From: an uncultured Eubacteriales bacterium
GTDB lineage: Bacteria; Bacillota; Clostridia; Oscillospirales; CAG-272
DNA length: 64,000 nt
Assembly: GCA_934378145.1 (NCBI GenBank)
Contig: CAKXXW010000002.1
Coordinates: 10,426-74,425, forward strand
Direction: 5' to 3'
Part shown: positions 9,447 through 18,413 of the stretch, piece by piece
Numbering within the stretch: position 1 is the stretch's first letter
Layout of the letters: each line of letters begins with the position of its first letter
The notes under the pieces: model-generated
Database searches by the model: none
What the model was told of the DNA's origin: nothing
The model's input: only the letters and a program-made list of their open reading frames with translations
Translations under genes and position numbers: made by a program

Positions 9447-10178
9447 TCAGTCGCAGTTCTTCCAGTTATGATAAACATTCTGGACATCGTCGTTGTCCTC
9501 AAGGGCATCGAGAAGCAGTCCCATGTGGCGGACAGCCTCCTCGTCCTCAAGGGTGACATATGTTGAAGGAACCATATCGGGATCCGCAGAATCCACGGTG
9601 TAGCCGAGCTTTACAAGAGAGTCGCGGACATCGTAAAGATCCGCCGTTTCGGTGTATATCTCATAGATATCGCCGTCGCGCACGAAGTCCTCGGCTCCGC
9701 ACTCCATGGCATCCTCCATCAGCTTATCCTCGTCAAGCTCCTCATCCTCGTCGCTGATGATGATAAGTCCCTTCTCGGTGAACATAAAGCTGACGCAACC
9801 GGTGGTACCCATATTTCCGCCGAATTTATCGAAATAGTGACGCACATCGCCCGCCGTGCGGTTACGGTTATCGGTGGCAGCCTTGACTATGACGGCGACT
9901 CCGCCGGGACCGTAGCCCTCGTAGGTGATCTCCTCGTAGTTCGCGCTGTCGTTTCCGAGCGCCTTCTTTATCGTGCGGTCGATGTTATCGTTCGGAACAT
10001 TGTTTGCCTTTGCCTTGAGGATAAGCTCACGCAGCTTCGAGTTGCTGTTCGGGTCGCCGCCGCCGGCCTTGACCGCGATTATGATCTCTTTGCTGATCTT
10101 CGTGAAGACGGACGCTCTCTGCGCGTCGGTCTTACCCTTCTTGTGCATAATGTTCTTCCATTTGCTGTGTCCTGACAT
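9447..10178 (-). CDS. yebC: YebC/PmpR-family DNA-binding transcriptional regulator
   Basis: MSGHSKWKNIMHKKGKTDAQRASVFTK... is the canonical YebC N-terminus. Confidence 0.92.
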   Translation of the reverse strand: MSGHSKWKNIMHKKGKTDAQRASVFTKISKEIIIAVKAGGGDPNSNSKLRELILKAKANNVPNDNIDRTIKKALGNDSANYEEITYEGYGPGGVAVIVKAATDNRNRTAGDVRHYFDKFGGNMGTTGCVSFMFTEKGLIIISDEDEELDEDKLMEDAMECGAEDFVRDGDIYEIYTETADLYDVRDSLVKLGYTVDSADPDMVPSTYVTLEDEEAVRHMGLLLDALEDNDDVQNVYHNWKNCD

Positions 10179-10209
10179 ATCTCTGTACCTCTATAAAAAT
10201 TATTATTTA

Positions 10210-11922
10210 TTATATTTTCTCGGGTTTCTTCAGGCAGATCAGTCCGAAGGCGTTTCCGAGGACCGTCTTCGTTGCCTGCGTGAGCTTTATCCTTGAAGCT
10301 CTCACCGCGGGGTCTTCCGCCGAAAGTATCTGGCAGTCGTGATAGAATCTGTTGAAATCAGCAGCCACATCAAGGATATACCTTGTCATCATCGAAGGCT
10401 CGTAAGCGGCAAGCGCCTCCTTGACCTTTTCCGGGAAGCGCGAAAGCGTCTTCACAAGCGCCGATTCGGTCGGATCCGTGATAGTGAGCGGCGAGACACC
10501 GCCTGTCTCTCCCGCCTTCGAGAGTATCGAACAGCACCTTGCGTAGGTGTACTGTACATAGGGACCCGTATTCCCGTTGAAATCAAGCGCCGATTCAAGG
10601 TCAAAGCTGATGTCCTTTATCCTGCTGTTCGAGAGATAATTAAAGACTATCGCTCCGACGCCGACCTCTTCGGCGACCTCGTCCTTGTTCGGAAGATCGG
10701 GGTTCTTCTCTTCTATGACTCCGCGGACCTTCTCTATCGACATATTCATAAGCTGCTTGAGCCACACGACATTGCCCGAGCGCGTGCCGAGCTTCTCGCC
10801 GTTGAGCGACATGGTGCCGTAGGGGACATGGACGAGCCTGTCGTACCAATCATAACCCATAAGCTCGACGACCTTGAACCACTGTGCAAAGTGAAGCGAC
10901 TGTCCCGCAGAGGTCACATATATGCACTTATCGAAATTGAATGTATCATGACGGTAAACGGCGGCGGCAATATCGCGCGCGGGATAGAGAGTCGAGCCGT
11001 CGCGCTTTAAGATAAGGCAGGGCGGCATACCGTATTCCGAGAGATCGACTATCGAGGCTCCGTCGTCGATCTTCAGAAGCCCCTTCTCCCGCATAAGCTC
11101 GACCTGCGCCGGCATCTTGTCGGTATAGAAGCTCTCGCCCGTGTAATAATCGAAAGCTATATCAAGCTGCTTGTAGGTCTTCTTGTATTCCTCTATGCTT
11201 ATCGAGATGAACCATTTCCAGAGTCTTGTGTTCTCCTCATCGCCGTGTTCGAGCTTTGTGAATTCGGCTCTCGCCTCGTCAAAGAGCGAGGGATCGTTTT
11301 CCGCCTCCTCATGGAAACGGACATAAAGCGCGACAAGACCGTCGACACCGTTCTTCTCTATATCCTCAGGTGTTCCCCATTTCTTGTAAGCCACAAGCTG
11401 CTTTCCGAATGAGGTCCCCCAGTCGCCGAGGTGGTTTATACCTATGCACTTATAGCCCGAAAACTCGAAGAGCTTTCTCAGCGAATGACCTATGACCGTC
11501 GTTCCGAGGTGTCCGAGGTGGAAAGGCTTCGCGATATTCGGCGAGGAATAGTCAAGCACGACCGTCTTCCCCTCTCCGTCGGAATTCTTTCCGTAGTCGT
11601 CTCCCTCAGCAAGTATCTCGGAGACGACCTCACGGCAAAGGTAAGCATCCGATATAAAAATATTAAGATAGCCGTTCACCGCGACCGCACGGTCGACAGC
11701 TTCGCATTTCAGCTCGCCTGCAAGCGCTTCGGCGATCATGACGGGCGACTTTCTCAGCTCGCGGCTGAGTTTGAAGCACGGGAGCGCGATGTCTCCGAGC
11801 GAACGGTCGGGAGGGTATTCCATCATCTGCGCCACGGTGTCCGCCGTCAGCGTATTGTCAGCCTTGATTTTATCAACAGCCTTTTTGATGTCTTCGGCTA
11901 TCAGCTTTTTGATCTTCTGCAT
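10210..11922 (-). CDS. argS: arginine--tRNA ligase
   Basis: Class I HIGH region SSPNIAKPFHLGHLGTT, about 570 aa. Start set at MQKIKKLIAE..., which removes the overlap with the upstream ybaK-like gene. Confidence 0.9.
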   Translation of the reverse strand: MQKIKKLIAEDIKKAVDKIKADNTLTADTVAQMMEYPPDRSLGDIALPCFKLSRELRKSPVMIAEALAGELKCEAVDRAVAVNGYLNIFISDAYLCREVVSEILAEGDDYGKNSDGEGKTVVLDYSSPNIAKPFHLGHLGTTVIGHSLRKLFEFSGYKCIGINHLGDWGTSFGKQLVAYKKWGTPEDIEKNGVDGLVALYVRFHEEAENDPSLFDEARAEFTKLEHGDEENTRLWKWFISISIEEYKKTYKQLDIAFDYYTGESFYTDKMPAQVELMREKGLLKIDDGASIVDLSEYGMPPCLILKRDGSTLYPARDIAAAVYRHDTFNFDKCIYVTSAGQSLHFAQWFKVVELMGYDWYDRLVHVPYGTMSLNGEKLGTRSGNVVWLKQLMNMSIEKVRGVIEEKNPDLPNKDEVAEEVGVGAIVFNYLSNSRIKDISFDLESALDFNGNTGPYVQYTYARCCSILSKAGETGGVSPLTITDPTESALVKTLSRFPEKVKEALAAYEPSMMTRYILDVAADFNRFYHDCQILSAEDPAVRASRIKLTQATKTVLGNAFGLICLKKPEKI

Positions 11923-11936
11923 AGTAGGATCTTCCT

Positions 11937-12422
11937 TTATCTTTTTGTAGTAACGGCGCAAAGCTCCGCGCCGGTAAATTCAATGAGTTTTTTCGAGTTG
12001 ACGAGAAGCTGCATCCCCTTCATCCCCGAGCTTACGGTTATCTTTTCGTGGTCAAGTGCCGAGCAGTCGATGAAGACCGGGAAATTCTTCTTCATTCCTA
12101 TCGGGGAGCAGGCGCCCCTCACATATCCGACCGTCGCAAGCAGCTCCGAGGTGTGGAGCATCTCAAGCCTCTTGTTCTTCGTTGCGGCAGCCGCAGCCTT
12201 GAGGTCTATCTCAAGGTCCGCGGGAATACAGAAAACGGTTATTCCCGTCCGGTCTCCCCGCGTGACGAGTGTCTTGAAGACCATAGCGGGGTCAAGCCCT
12301 ATCTGCGAAGCTATATTGACGCCCGAAAGGTCGTTTTCATCCGGGACATATTCCTCTATTTCGTAAGGGATCTTCGCGGCGTCGAGCCGGCGCATGGCGT
12401 TTGTCTTTACTTTCCCGCTCAT
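11937..12422 (-). CDS. ybaK: Cys-tRNA(Pro)/Cys-tRNA(Cys) deacylase, YbaK/EbsC family
   Basis: About 160 aa. TNAMRRLDAAKIPYE N-terminus and CSPIGMKK motif typical of YbaK. ATGA overlap with the argR stop. Confidence 0.8.
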   Translation of the reverse strand: MSGKVKTNAMRRLDAAKIPYEIEEYVPDENDLSGVNIASQIGLDPAMVFKTLVTRGDRTGITVFCIPADLEIDLKAAAAATKNKRLEMLHTSELLATVGYVRGACSPIGMKKNFPVFIDCSALDHEKITVSSGMKGMQLLVNSKKLIEFTGAELCAVTTKR

Positions 12423-12877
12423 TTCTTGCCGACGACCATTTCTTTGACCTTTGACTCGACAGCCTCGGCGACCTTCTCGTCTACCGCCACGACAAGTATC
12501 GTGTCGTCACCGGCAACACAGCCGAGGATAGAAGGAATATCTATCCCGTCGATCCCCGCGGCGACCGCATTCGCAAGTCCCGGGTATGTCCTCAGCACGA
12601 CGAGGTTCCCCGACCTGCTGACTCTCGTTATCGACTCGACGAGCGCGTCGTTGAGCTTTATGCTCGCGGCGCTGTCGTTCTTCGGAGGAAGCATATATTT
12701 GTATCCCCCATGCCCCGTCGCGATCTTCACGAGCTTGAGCTGTCTTATATCGCGCGAGATCGTCGCCTGAGTGACCTCAAAGCCGCGCTCGCGAAGGCGG
12801 TCGATAAGCTCCGCCTGCGTATCCACTTCATAAGCCGAAACTATCTCGGCAAGTGCTTCCTGTCTTTTATTTTTCAT
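12419..12877 (-). CDS. argR: arginine repressor
   Basis: Winged-helix N-domain (QAELIDRLRERGFEVTQATISRDIRQLKLVK) and C-terminal GTIAGDDT-like region (GCVAGDDTILVV). Confidence 0.92.
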   Translation of the reverse strand: MKNKRQEALAEIVSAYEVDTQAELIDRLRERGFEVTQATISRDIRQLKLVKIATGHGGYKYMLPPKNDSAASIKLNDALVESITRVSRSGNLVVLRTYPGLANAVAAGIDGIDIPSILGCVAGDDTILVVAVDEKVAEAVESKVKEMVVGKK

Positions 12878-12896
12878 AGCAATTCTCCAAAAATCC

Positions 12897-13778
12897 TCAG
12901 AACCCCGAGTTCATTTTAATACGCAACCTGTCATAGAAGCCCCTGTTGTTGAGGCGGATCAGCTTCGCCTTCATCTCGGATTCGGTGACTCTCACCGTTT
13001 CGCCGAGGGCAAGCTCCTGATTCGACTTTCCGTCAAGAGTCAGAAAAAGCACTTTCTCACGGTTGCAGGTGTTCTTTATCTCTATCGCGGCATCCGCCGG
13101 AAAGATCATAGGTCTTGAAATGAGCGAATGAGGACAGACCGGCGTGACGCAAATGCACCTCAGCGACGGATCCACTATCGCCCCTCCGGCAGACATCGAA
13201 TATGCCGTCGAGCCGGTAGGCGTTGCGGCTATCACTCCGTCCGCCCTGTAATCGGCGATCACCGAGCCGCCTTCGGAGAGCCGCAGATCAACTATCCTTG
13301 CCACCGAGCCGTTCGATACCACAGCGTCATTGAGGGCAAAGGAAACGAACCTCACCTTCCCCGCCGTATCGAGTATCTCGATCTTCAGCACCATCCGTTC
13401 GTCAAGGCGGTATCTTCCATCGACGACATCGGCAAGCCTGTCGATCTCGTTAAGCTCAAGCTCCGCCATATAGCCGAGCCGCCCGAGATTCACCCCGAGC
13501 ATAGGCTTCTTTGCGGGCACCGCCCGGCGCGCAGCCTCAAGGATAGTGCCGTCGCCTCCGAGCAGAAGGATCACATCGGCGGACTGATAGAGTTTGTCAA
13601 GCGATATATATTCGATAAAATCGCGCCGCTTACCGTCCGAATTCCGGTTTATCCGCTCACGGTTGAAAGTAGCCGTGCAGACCGAGGCACCGAGCGAATG
13701 AAGGCGGTCTATGACGCTTATCGCCGCTTTTGCCTTTTCTTTTATATTGTAGTTAGTTATAACCGCAAATTTTCTCAC
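12897..13778 (-). CDS. nadK: NAD+ kinase
   Basis: GGDGT motif (LLLGGDGTILEAARR) and C-terminal NAD kinase beta-sandwich pattern. Confidence 0.9.
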   Translation of the reverse strand: MRKFAVITNYNIKEKAKAAISVIDRLHSLGASVCTATFNRERINRNSDGKRRDFIEYISLDKLYQSADVILLLGGDGTILEAARRAVPAKKPMLGVNLGRLGYMAELELNEIDRLADVVDGRYRLDERMVLKIEILDTAGKVRFVSFALNDAVVSNGSVARIVDLRLSEGGSVIADYRADGVIAATPTGSTAYSMSAGGAIVDPSLRCICVTPVCPHSLISRPMIFPADAAIEIKNTCNREKVLFLTLDGKSNQELALGETVRVTESEMKAKLIRLNNRGFYDRLRIKMNSGF

Positions 13779-13782
13779 GGTC

Positions 13783-14553
13783 TCACCTCACGATCTTTTT
13801 CAGAGTTTCAAAATCCAAAGCCCTGCCGTTTTTCCTGAAGCAGGCAAGATATTCTGTATTTCCGTCGCCTCCGGTGATGGGAGACACGATAAGTCCCGTA
13901 CATACAAGTCCGACACCCGATGCCGAATCGGTCACACGCATCACCGACGCGAGCCTTGCGCCTGCATCTCTGACGATGCCGCCCTTTCCGACCGCGGCTC
14001 TGCCCGCCTCGAACTGCGGCTTTATAAGGCTCACAAAGTACCCGTCGGGCTTCATCACGGCAGGCACTGCGGGAATTATCAGTGTCTGTGAGATGAAAGA
14101 GACATCCATAACGACTATATCCGCACCGCCCGGCAATATATCGGGCGAAAGCTCGCGGGCATTGTATTTTTCGATGCTCCGCACCCGTCTGTCGGATGCA
14201 AGAGACGGGTCAAGCTGACCCTTTCCCGAATCGACGGCGGTAACAGATGCCGCCCCGCGTTTCAGAAGACAGTCGGTAAAACCTCCGGTCGAGGCTCCTA
14301 TATCGAGCGCCGAAAAGCCCGTGACATCTATTCCGAAACTGTCGAGTGCCGCCTCGAGCTTAAGCCCCCCGCGGCTGACGAATTTTTCCGCGGCTGTAAT
14401 GACCGCCTCGTGCGGGATCCCTTCGTCGATCTCTTCGGATGGCTTTGTAAGCGTCCTTCCGTCAAGTGTCACGCCGCCCGCCGAGATCAGCTTTTTCGCC
14501 GCCTCGCGGCTTTTTGCCCTGCCCGAGGTAAAAAGATAGAGATCGGCGCGCAT
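13783..14553 (-). CDS. tlyA: TlyA-family rRNA (cytidine-2'-O)-methyltransferase
   Basis: S4-like N-terminus MRADLYL...SREAAKKLI and FtsJ-type SAM site (LDIGASTGGFTDCLL). Start set at the internal Met, whose ATG shares one base with the ispA TGA stop (TGATG). Confidence 0.88.
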   Translation of the reverse strand: MRADLYLFTSGRAKSREAAKKLISAGGVTLDGRTLTKPSEEIDEGIPHEAVITAAEKFVSRGGLKLEAALDSFGIDVTGFSALDIGASTGGFTDCLLKRGAASVTAVDSGKGQLDPSLASDRRVRSIEKYNARELSPDILPGGADIVVMDVSFISQTLIIPAVPAVMKPDGYFVSLIKPQFEAGRAAVGKGGIVRDAGARLASVMRVTDSASGVGLVCTGLIVSPITGGDGNTEYLACFRKNGRALDFETLKKIVR

Positions 14554-15401
14554 CAGACTACCCTTGAAAGAAGGTAATCGGCAAATTCCGAGAGTACATC
14601 GGGTCTCGGAATACATTCAAGCGCCCCTTTCGCGGCATCGGTCAGCCTTGCGGCATAGCTCCTCGCGTCTTCCTTTGACATAAACGAGAGTATCGTCGTC
14701 TTGCCCTCGTCCTCGTCACCGTGTTCGGCGTCGAGAAGATCGTCGGTTATCTGAAAGGCAAGTCCTATGTTCATAGCATAGCAGGACGCGGCGTCCTTCG
14801 CCTTCTCGTCGGCTCCGGCTGCGATACAGCCGAGAAGCGCCGCCGCGGAAATGAGGCCGCCCGTCTTGAGTGCGCAGAGCTTCATATATCCGTCGGCATC
14901 GGGTCTTTCATCCGAAAGGTCCATTATCTGACCTCCGACCATTCCGGCGCTTCCGGCAAATGCCGACAGAACGCATACAGCTTCGGCTACCCCTTCGGTC
15001 GGAACCGCGGGATTTGAAGCGCAGACCCCGAAGGCGTCGGTCAGAAGTCCGTCACCGGCAAGGACCGCGGTCGCCTCACCGAATTTTTTATGACATGCGG
15101 GTCTGCCGCGCCTCATATCCGAATCATCCATACACGGCAGGTCGTCGTGTATCAGAGAATAGGTGTGTACCATTTCTATCGCACAGGCAAAGGGCAACGC
15201 CGCCTTTTCATCTCCGCCGAGTGCGCGGCAGAATTCAAGAGTCAGAAAGGGTCTGACCCTTTTCCCGCCCGACGAAAGCATATATTCTTCCGCCTCGGCA
15301 AGGGACGGACATTCAGCCTCAAGGCAGGGTATATAGCGGGTAAGCTCCGATTCGGTGAGTTTTCGCGAATGTTCGATCGCTTCCTTAAGTTCAGTTTTCA
15401 T
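14553..15401 (-). CDS. ispA: polyprenyl (farnesyl/geranylgeranyl) diphosphate synthase
   Basis: First and second Asp-rich motifs (LIHDDLPCMDDSDMRRG; FQITDDLLD). Confidence 0.9.
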   Translation of the reverse strand: MKTELKEAIEHSRKLTESELTRYIPCLEAECPSLAEAEEYMLSSGGKRVRPFLTLEFCRALGGDEKAALPFACAIEMVHTYSLIHDDLPCMDDSDMRRGRPACHKKFGEATAVLAGDGLLTDAFGVCASNPAVPTEGVAEAVCVLSAFAGSAGMVGGQIMDLSDERPDADGYMKLCALKTGGLISAAALLGCIAAGADEKAKDAASCYAMNIGLAFQITDDLLDAEHGDEDEGKTTILSFMSKEDARSYAARLTDAAKGALECIPRPDVLSEFADYLLSRVV

Positions 15402-15618
15402 TGAAATCGGTCTCGGTCATAAGACCGTCCTTTCCTTCCTTCAGAAGTTTTATCTTTTTTTCGGCAGAGCCGAGGCGCTCGTTGCATATCCTCACAAGCT
15501 CCACACCCTTTTCATAGAGCTTCAGCGCCTCATCAAGCGGCGTATCGTCACGCTCGAGCTTTGCGACGGTCTTTTCAAGTTCGGCGAGCGCGGTCTCGAA
15601 TTTCATATTTTCTTTCAT
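15391..15618 (-). CDS. xseB: exodeoxyribonuclease VII small subunit
   Basis: 75 aa. FETALAELEKTVAKLE...LDEALKLYEKG pattern. Directly abuts the xseA stop. Confidence 0.9.
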   Translation of the reverse strand: MKENMKFETALAELEKTVAKLERDDTPLDEALKLYEKGVELVRICNERLGSAEKKIKLLKEGKDGLMTETDFNEN

Positions 15619-16908
15619 TTATTTTTCTCCATAAAGTGAGGTGCCGGTCACGGTGGCTTTCGCCTCTCCGTCCGAAAACCTCACGGTGATATTTTCGTTT
15701 ACCGTGAGCTTTGATGCGCTCGTAATGACATTTCCGTCGGCATCGGACACGGCTCCGTAGCCGCGCGAAAGTACCGAGAGGGGATTCAGCGAGACGAGCT
15801 TTGCCGCATATTCGCGTAGATCCGCCTTTGCGGACGAAAGTCTCAGTTTTGCAGATGCGCACAGTCTCTCCTCCGCGCGGTCGGCAAGGAGCCATCTGCT
15901 CGCCGTGATGTATTGCGGGTCGGTAAGAGTGCGCGATCCGGCAAGAGCTTCGACCGCAGCCCTGCCCGCCGCCATGCGGGCTACCGCGGCTTTTGACATG
16001 GAGGCACACGCACCGGCAAGCGCCGCGCGGATGACGCCGGAATCCGGCACGGCAAGCTCTGCCGCAGCCGAAGGTGTCGGCGCCCGCCTGTCCGCCACGA
16101 AGTCGCATATCGTGAAATCGGTCTCGTGTCCCACCGCCGAAATGACCGGCACCTCCGAGTCCGCAACGGCTCTTGCAAGTCCCTCGTCATTGAACGCCCA
16201 GAGGTCCTCGAGAGAGCCTCCGCCGCGTCCGATGATGACCACATCGACCGACCTTGTTGACGAAAAATAGTTTATTCCCGAAATGAGCTGAGGCACAGCC
16301 TCGCTTCCCTGCACCGCCGCAGGATAGATAACAAGCTCCGCCGACGGGCATCTTCGCCCCGCAATATTTATTATATCGCGGACCGCGGCACCGGTCGGCG
16401 AGGTAATGACTCCGACTCTCTCCGGAAATGCCGGCAACGGTCTTTTTCTTGCCGGATCAAAGAGTCCCTCGCGCGACAGCTTTTCCTTAAGCTGCTCGAA
16501 CGCAGCGTAAAGCGCGCCGATACCGTCCGGAGATATATCGTCCGCATAAAGCTGATACTGACCGCCACCGGTATATACCGAGACGCTTCCGCGGATAAGC
16601 ACCTTCATTCCGTTCTCGGGAATAAAGCGCAGCTTCTGCGCATATGAACGGAACATCACGGCTTTTATCAGTGAGCTGTCATCCTTGACGGTAAAGTACC
16701 AATGCCCCGACGGATGCGCCTTGAAGTTCGAGATCTCGCCCCTCACATACAGCTTTTTCAGCATCGGCTGACCGTCAAGGAGCATTTTTATATATTCATT
16801 AAGCTCGGTTACCGTCAGTGCCTTTTCCGAAGAGGCGGCGGCAAAGGAGGGAGATCCCTGCGGCGTTGTCTGCCGAGAATCCCGGCTCTGCGAAAAATAT
16901 GTTTTCAC
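15619..16908 (-). CDS. xseA: exodeoxyribonuclease VII large subunit
   Basis: OB-fold N-domain (LTVTELNEYIKMLLD...VRGEISNFKAH) and catalytic core (GRGGGSLEDLWAFNDE). The only in-frame start upstream of the conserved region is GTG at 16908, giving a 110-nt overlap with the upstream gene. Confidence 0.85.
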   Translation of the reverse strand: MKTYFSQSRDSRQTTPQGSPSFAAASSEKALTVTELNEYIKMLLDGQPMLKKLYVRGEISNFKAHPSGHWYFTVKDDSSLIKAVMFRSYAQKLRFIPENGMKVLIRGSVSVYTGGGQYQLYADDISPDGIGALYAAFEQLKEKLSREGLFDPARKRPLPAFPERVGVITSPTGAAVRDIINIAGRRCPSAELVIYPAAVQGSEAVPQLISGINYFSSTRSVDVVIIGRGGGSLEDLWAFNDEGLARAVADSEVPVISAVGHETDFTICDFVADRRAPTPSAAAELAVPDSGVIRAALAGACASMSKAAVARMAAGRAAVEALAGSRTLTDPQYITASRWLLADRAEERLCASAKLRLSSAKADLREYAAKLVSLNPLSVLSRGYGAVSDADGNVITSASKLTVNENITVRFSDGEAKATVTGTSLYGEK

Positions 16909-17755
16909 CCTTCAGTTTTTCCTTTATATATCTGCTGCTCATAACTCCGCCGGCATAGACCACGGGGATCCCCGCATACTCCGCACGGAGGTTTTTCGTA
17001 ATATCTGATATTGTTCGGGCGACGAAGTCAAGCGTCACGGCGCTCACAAGCGCTCTGTCACCCGTATCGCGCCAGAACTTTGCGGCTATATTTTCAAGAC
17101 CCGAGAGGTTGCAGTAAAGTCCGTCGACGGAAACGGCGGGCTTCGGTACCCTTCCGGTATATCCGAGCGCCGTGAGGTCAAGCTCGGGTCCCGCCGGAAA
17201 GCGCATACCCATCATAACTCCGACGCGGTCGACAGCCTGACCGGCGTTGAGATCGTTCGTTCCGCCGATAAGCTCGGGGGAAAATCCCGTATCGGTCTGC
17301 CTCACGAAAAGCACTTCTGTCGTGCCTCCCGAAACATGGAAGGCGGCAAAGTCGCCCTCGATCTCAGCCCCCGACGAATAGTACGCCGCCATGATATGCC
17401 CGTCCTGATGCGAAAAGTCGAAAACAGGCAGTCCGCGAGCCGCGGCAAACGAGTGTGCGGCGGCGATACCGGCAAGGAAGCATGGCATATAGGAACCTTC
17501 GGCATCGCGCGGCTTTACCGAGCATCCGACGGCTATCGGCGTAAGGTCTTCATCGCGAAGGACCGCGGCAAGTCTGTCGCAAAGCTCCGGAAGATTCTTC
17601 GTATGAGCGAAGAGTGCGTCGCTCTGACGCAGACCTCTGTTGCCTTCGGCTACCGGCAGGGGGGATTTCAGGTTTGCCCGAACCCTTCCCGTTTCATCGC
17701 ATACAGCCGCCGAGGTCGTATAGTTGCTCGTATCGAATCCGACAAAGCAGTTCAA
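16799..17755 (-). CDS. TsaD/Kae1 (ASKHA, peptidase M22)-like protein, short paralog
   Basis: VGFDTSNYTTSAAV N-terminal phosphate-1 type motif and HxxxH metal motif (SHQDGH), about 318 aa. Sits between nusB and xseA. Confidence 0.65.
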   Translation of the reverse strand: MNCFVGFDTSNYTTSAAVCDETGRVRANLKSPLPVAEGNRGLRQSDALFAHTKNLPELCDRLAAVLRDEDLTPIAVGCSVKPRDAEGSYMPCFLAGIAAAHSFAAARGLPVFDFSHQDGHIMAAYYSSGAEIEGDFAAFHVSGGTTEVLFVRQTDTGFSPELIGGTNDLNAGQAVDRVGVMMGMRFPAGPELDLTALGYTGRVPKPAVSVDGLYCNLSGLENIAAKFWRDTGDRALVSAVTLDFVARTISDITKNLRAEYAGIPVVYAGGVMSSRYIKEKLKGENIFFAEPGFSADNAAGISLLCRRLFGKGTDGNRA

Positions 17756-18162
17756 TTTTTATCACCGCCGAGCGAGTCCTTCACGGCGTTAAGCACACCG
17801 TTGACGAAAGCTCTCGCCTTGTCGTCGTCATATTCCTTCACAAGCTCGAGCGCCTCGTTTATCGAGACGGGAGCGGGTATCCCTTCCATAAAAAGCATCT
17901 CGTAAACGGCAATGCGAAGCACGGTACGCGAAACGCGCGACATCCTCTCGGGCTTCCAGCCGTGCGAATGCTCCCTTATAACACCGTCGAGCTTTTCAAG
18001 GTTCTCGAGGACTCCGAAATAGACCTGCCTCACATAAAGGTCATCCTCGATATCCCTGTCCTCGGCGGCGATGTTGTAAATATCAAGTGCCTTTTCGTCG
18101 GACTTGAAGCCGCTCTCGAAAAGCAGTCCGAATACCGTCTTTCTTGCTTCTTTTCTTGTCAT
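17752..18162 (-). CDS. nusB: transcription antitermination factor NusB
   Basis: MTRKEARKTVFGLLFE N-terminus and C-terminal FVNGVLN motif. Start set at the internal Met; the 31-aa N-terminal extension of the ORF (TTG start) looks non-coding. Confidence 0.9.
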   Translation of the reverse strand: MTRKEARKTVFGLLFESGFKSDEKALDIYNIAAEDRDIEDDLYVRQVYFGVLENLEKLDGVIREHSHGWKPERMSRVSRTVLRIAVYEMLFMEGIPAPVSINEALELVKEYDDDKARAFVNGVLNAVKDSLGGDKN

Positions 18163-18273
18163 AAAACTACCGTTTCTTTCGCCGTGCGAAAGTATCCTTT
18201 CCCGCCCGAAGATAATTTCCGCGAATCTCTGTCCGCCCGCATCGGGTCTGACCAAATAAATACCTATTATATT

Positions 18274-18301
18274 ATTATACTACATTACTGTCGATTGTCA
18301 A
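18274..18301 (-). promoter_or_regulatory. putative sigma-A promoter for the nusB array
   Basis: Minus strand: TTGACA, 16 nt, TATAAT. Leaves a leader of about 100 nt before the nusB ATG. Confidence 0.55.
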
Positions 18302-18354
18302 GTGAAAAATGAATATTCAACCGAAATATTCATTTTCGAGGTTTCATTTTATGC

Positions 18355-18383
18355 TTGCAATCCTTTGCTTTTTGTGGTATAGT
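18355..18383 (+). promoter_or_regulatory. putative sigma-A promoter for the 18414 membrane-protein gene
   Basis: TTGCAA, 17 nt, TATAGT with an upstream TG (extended -10), about 30 nt before the ATG at 18414. Confidence 0.5.
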
Positions 18384-18413
18384 AATAATATCAATTTTTC
18401 GAGGATACCTGTA

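Noticed and set aside
15575-16108. 177-aa alternative-frame ORF inside xseA, rich in Arg/Gly/Cys
   Set aside because: It is on the same strand but out of frame with a well-supported xseA. Its composition is typical of an off-frame reading of GC-rich coding DNA.
18163-18255. N-terminal extensions offered by the ORF track for nusB. The same applies to cdsA, argS, tlyA, the SBP gene, uvrA, the SDR gene, miaB, pdxK, the CHAP protein, the EF-G paralog, vanZ, the J-protein, the Gfo/Idh gene and the DD-carboxypeptidase gene.
   Set aside because: In each case an internal Met matches the conserved family N-terminus and removes an overlap with the upstream gene or promoter. The longest-ORF starts were therefore not used.
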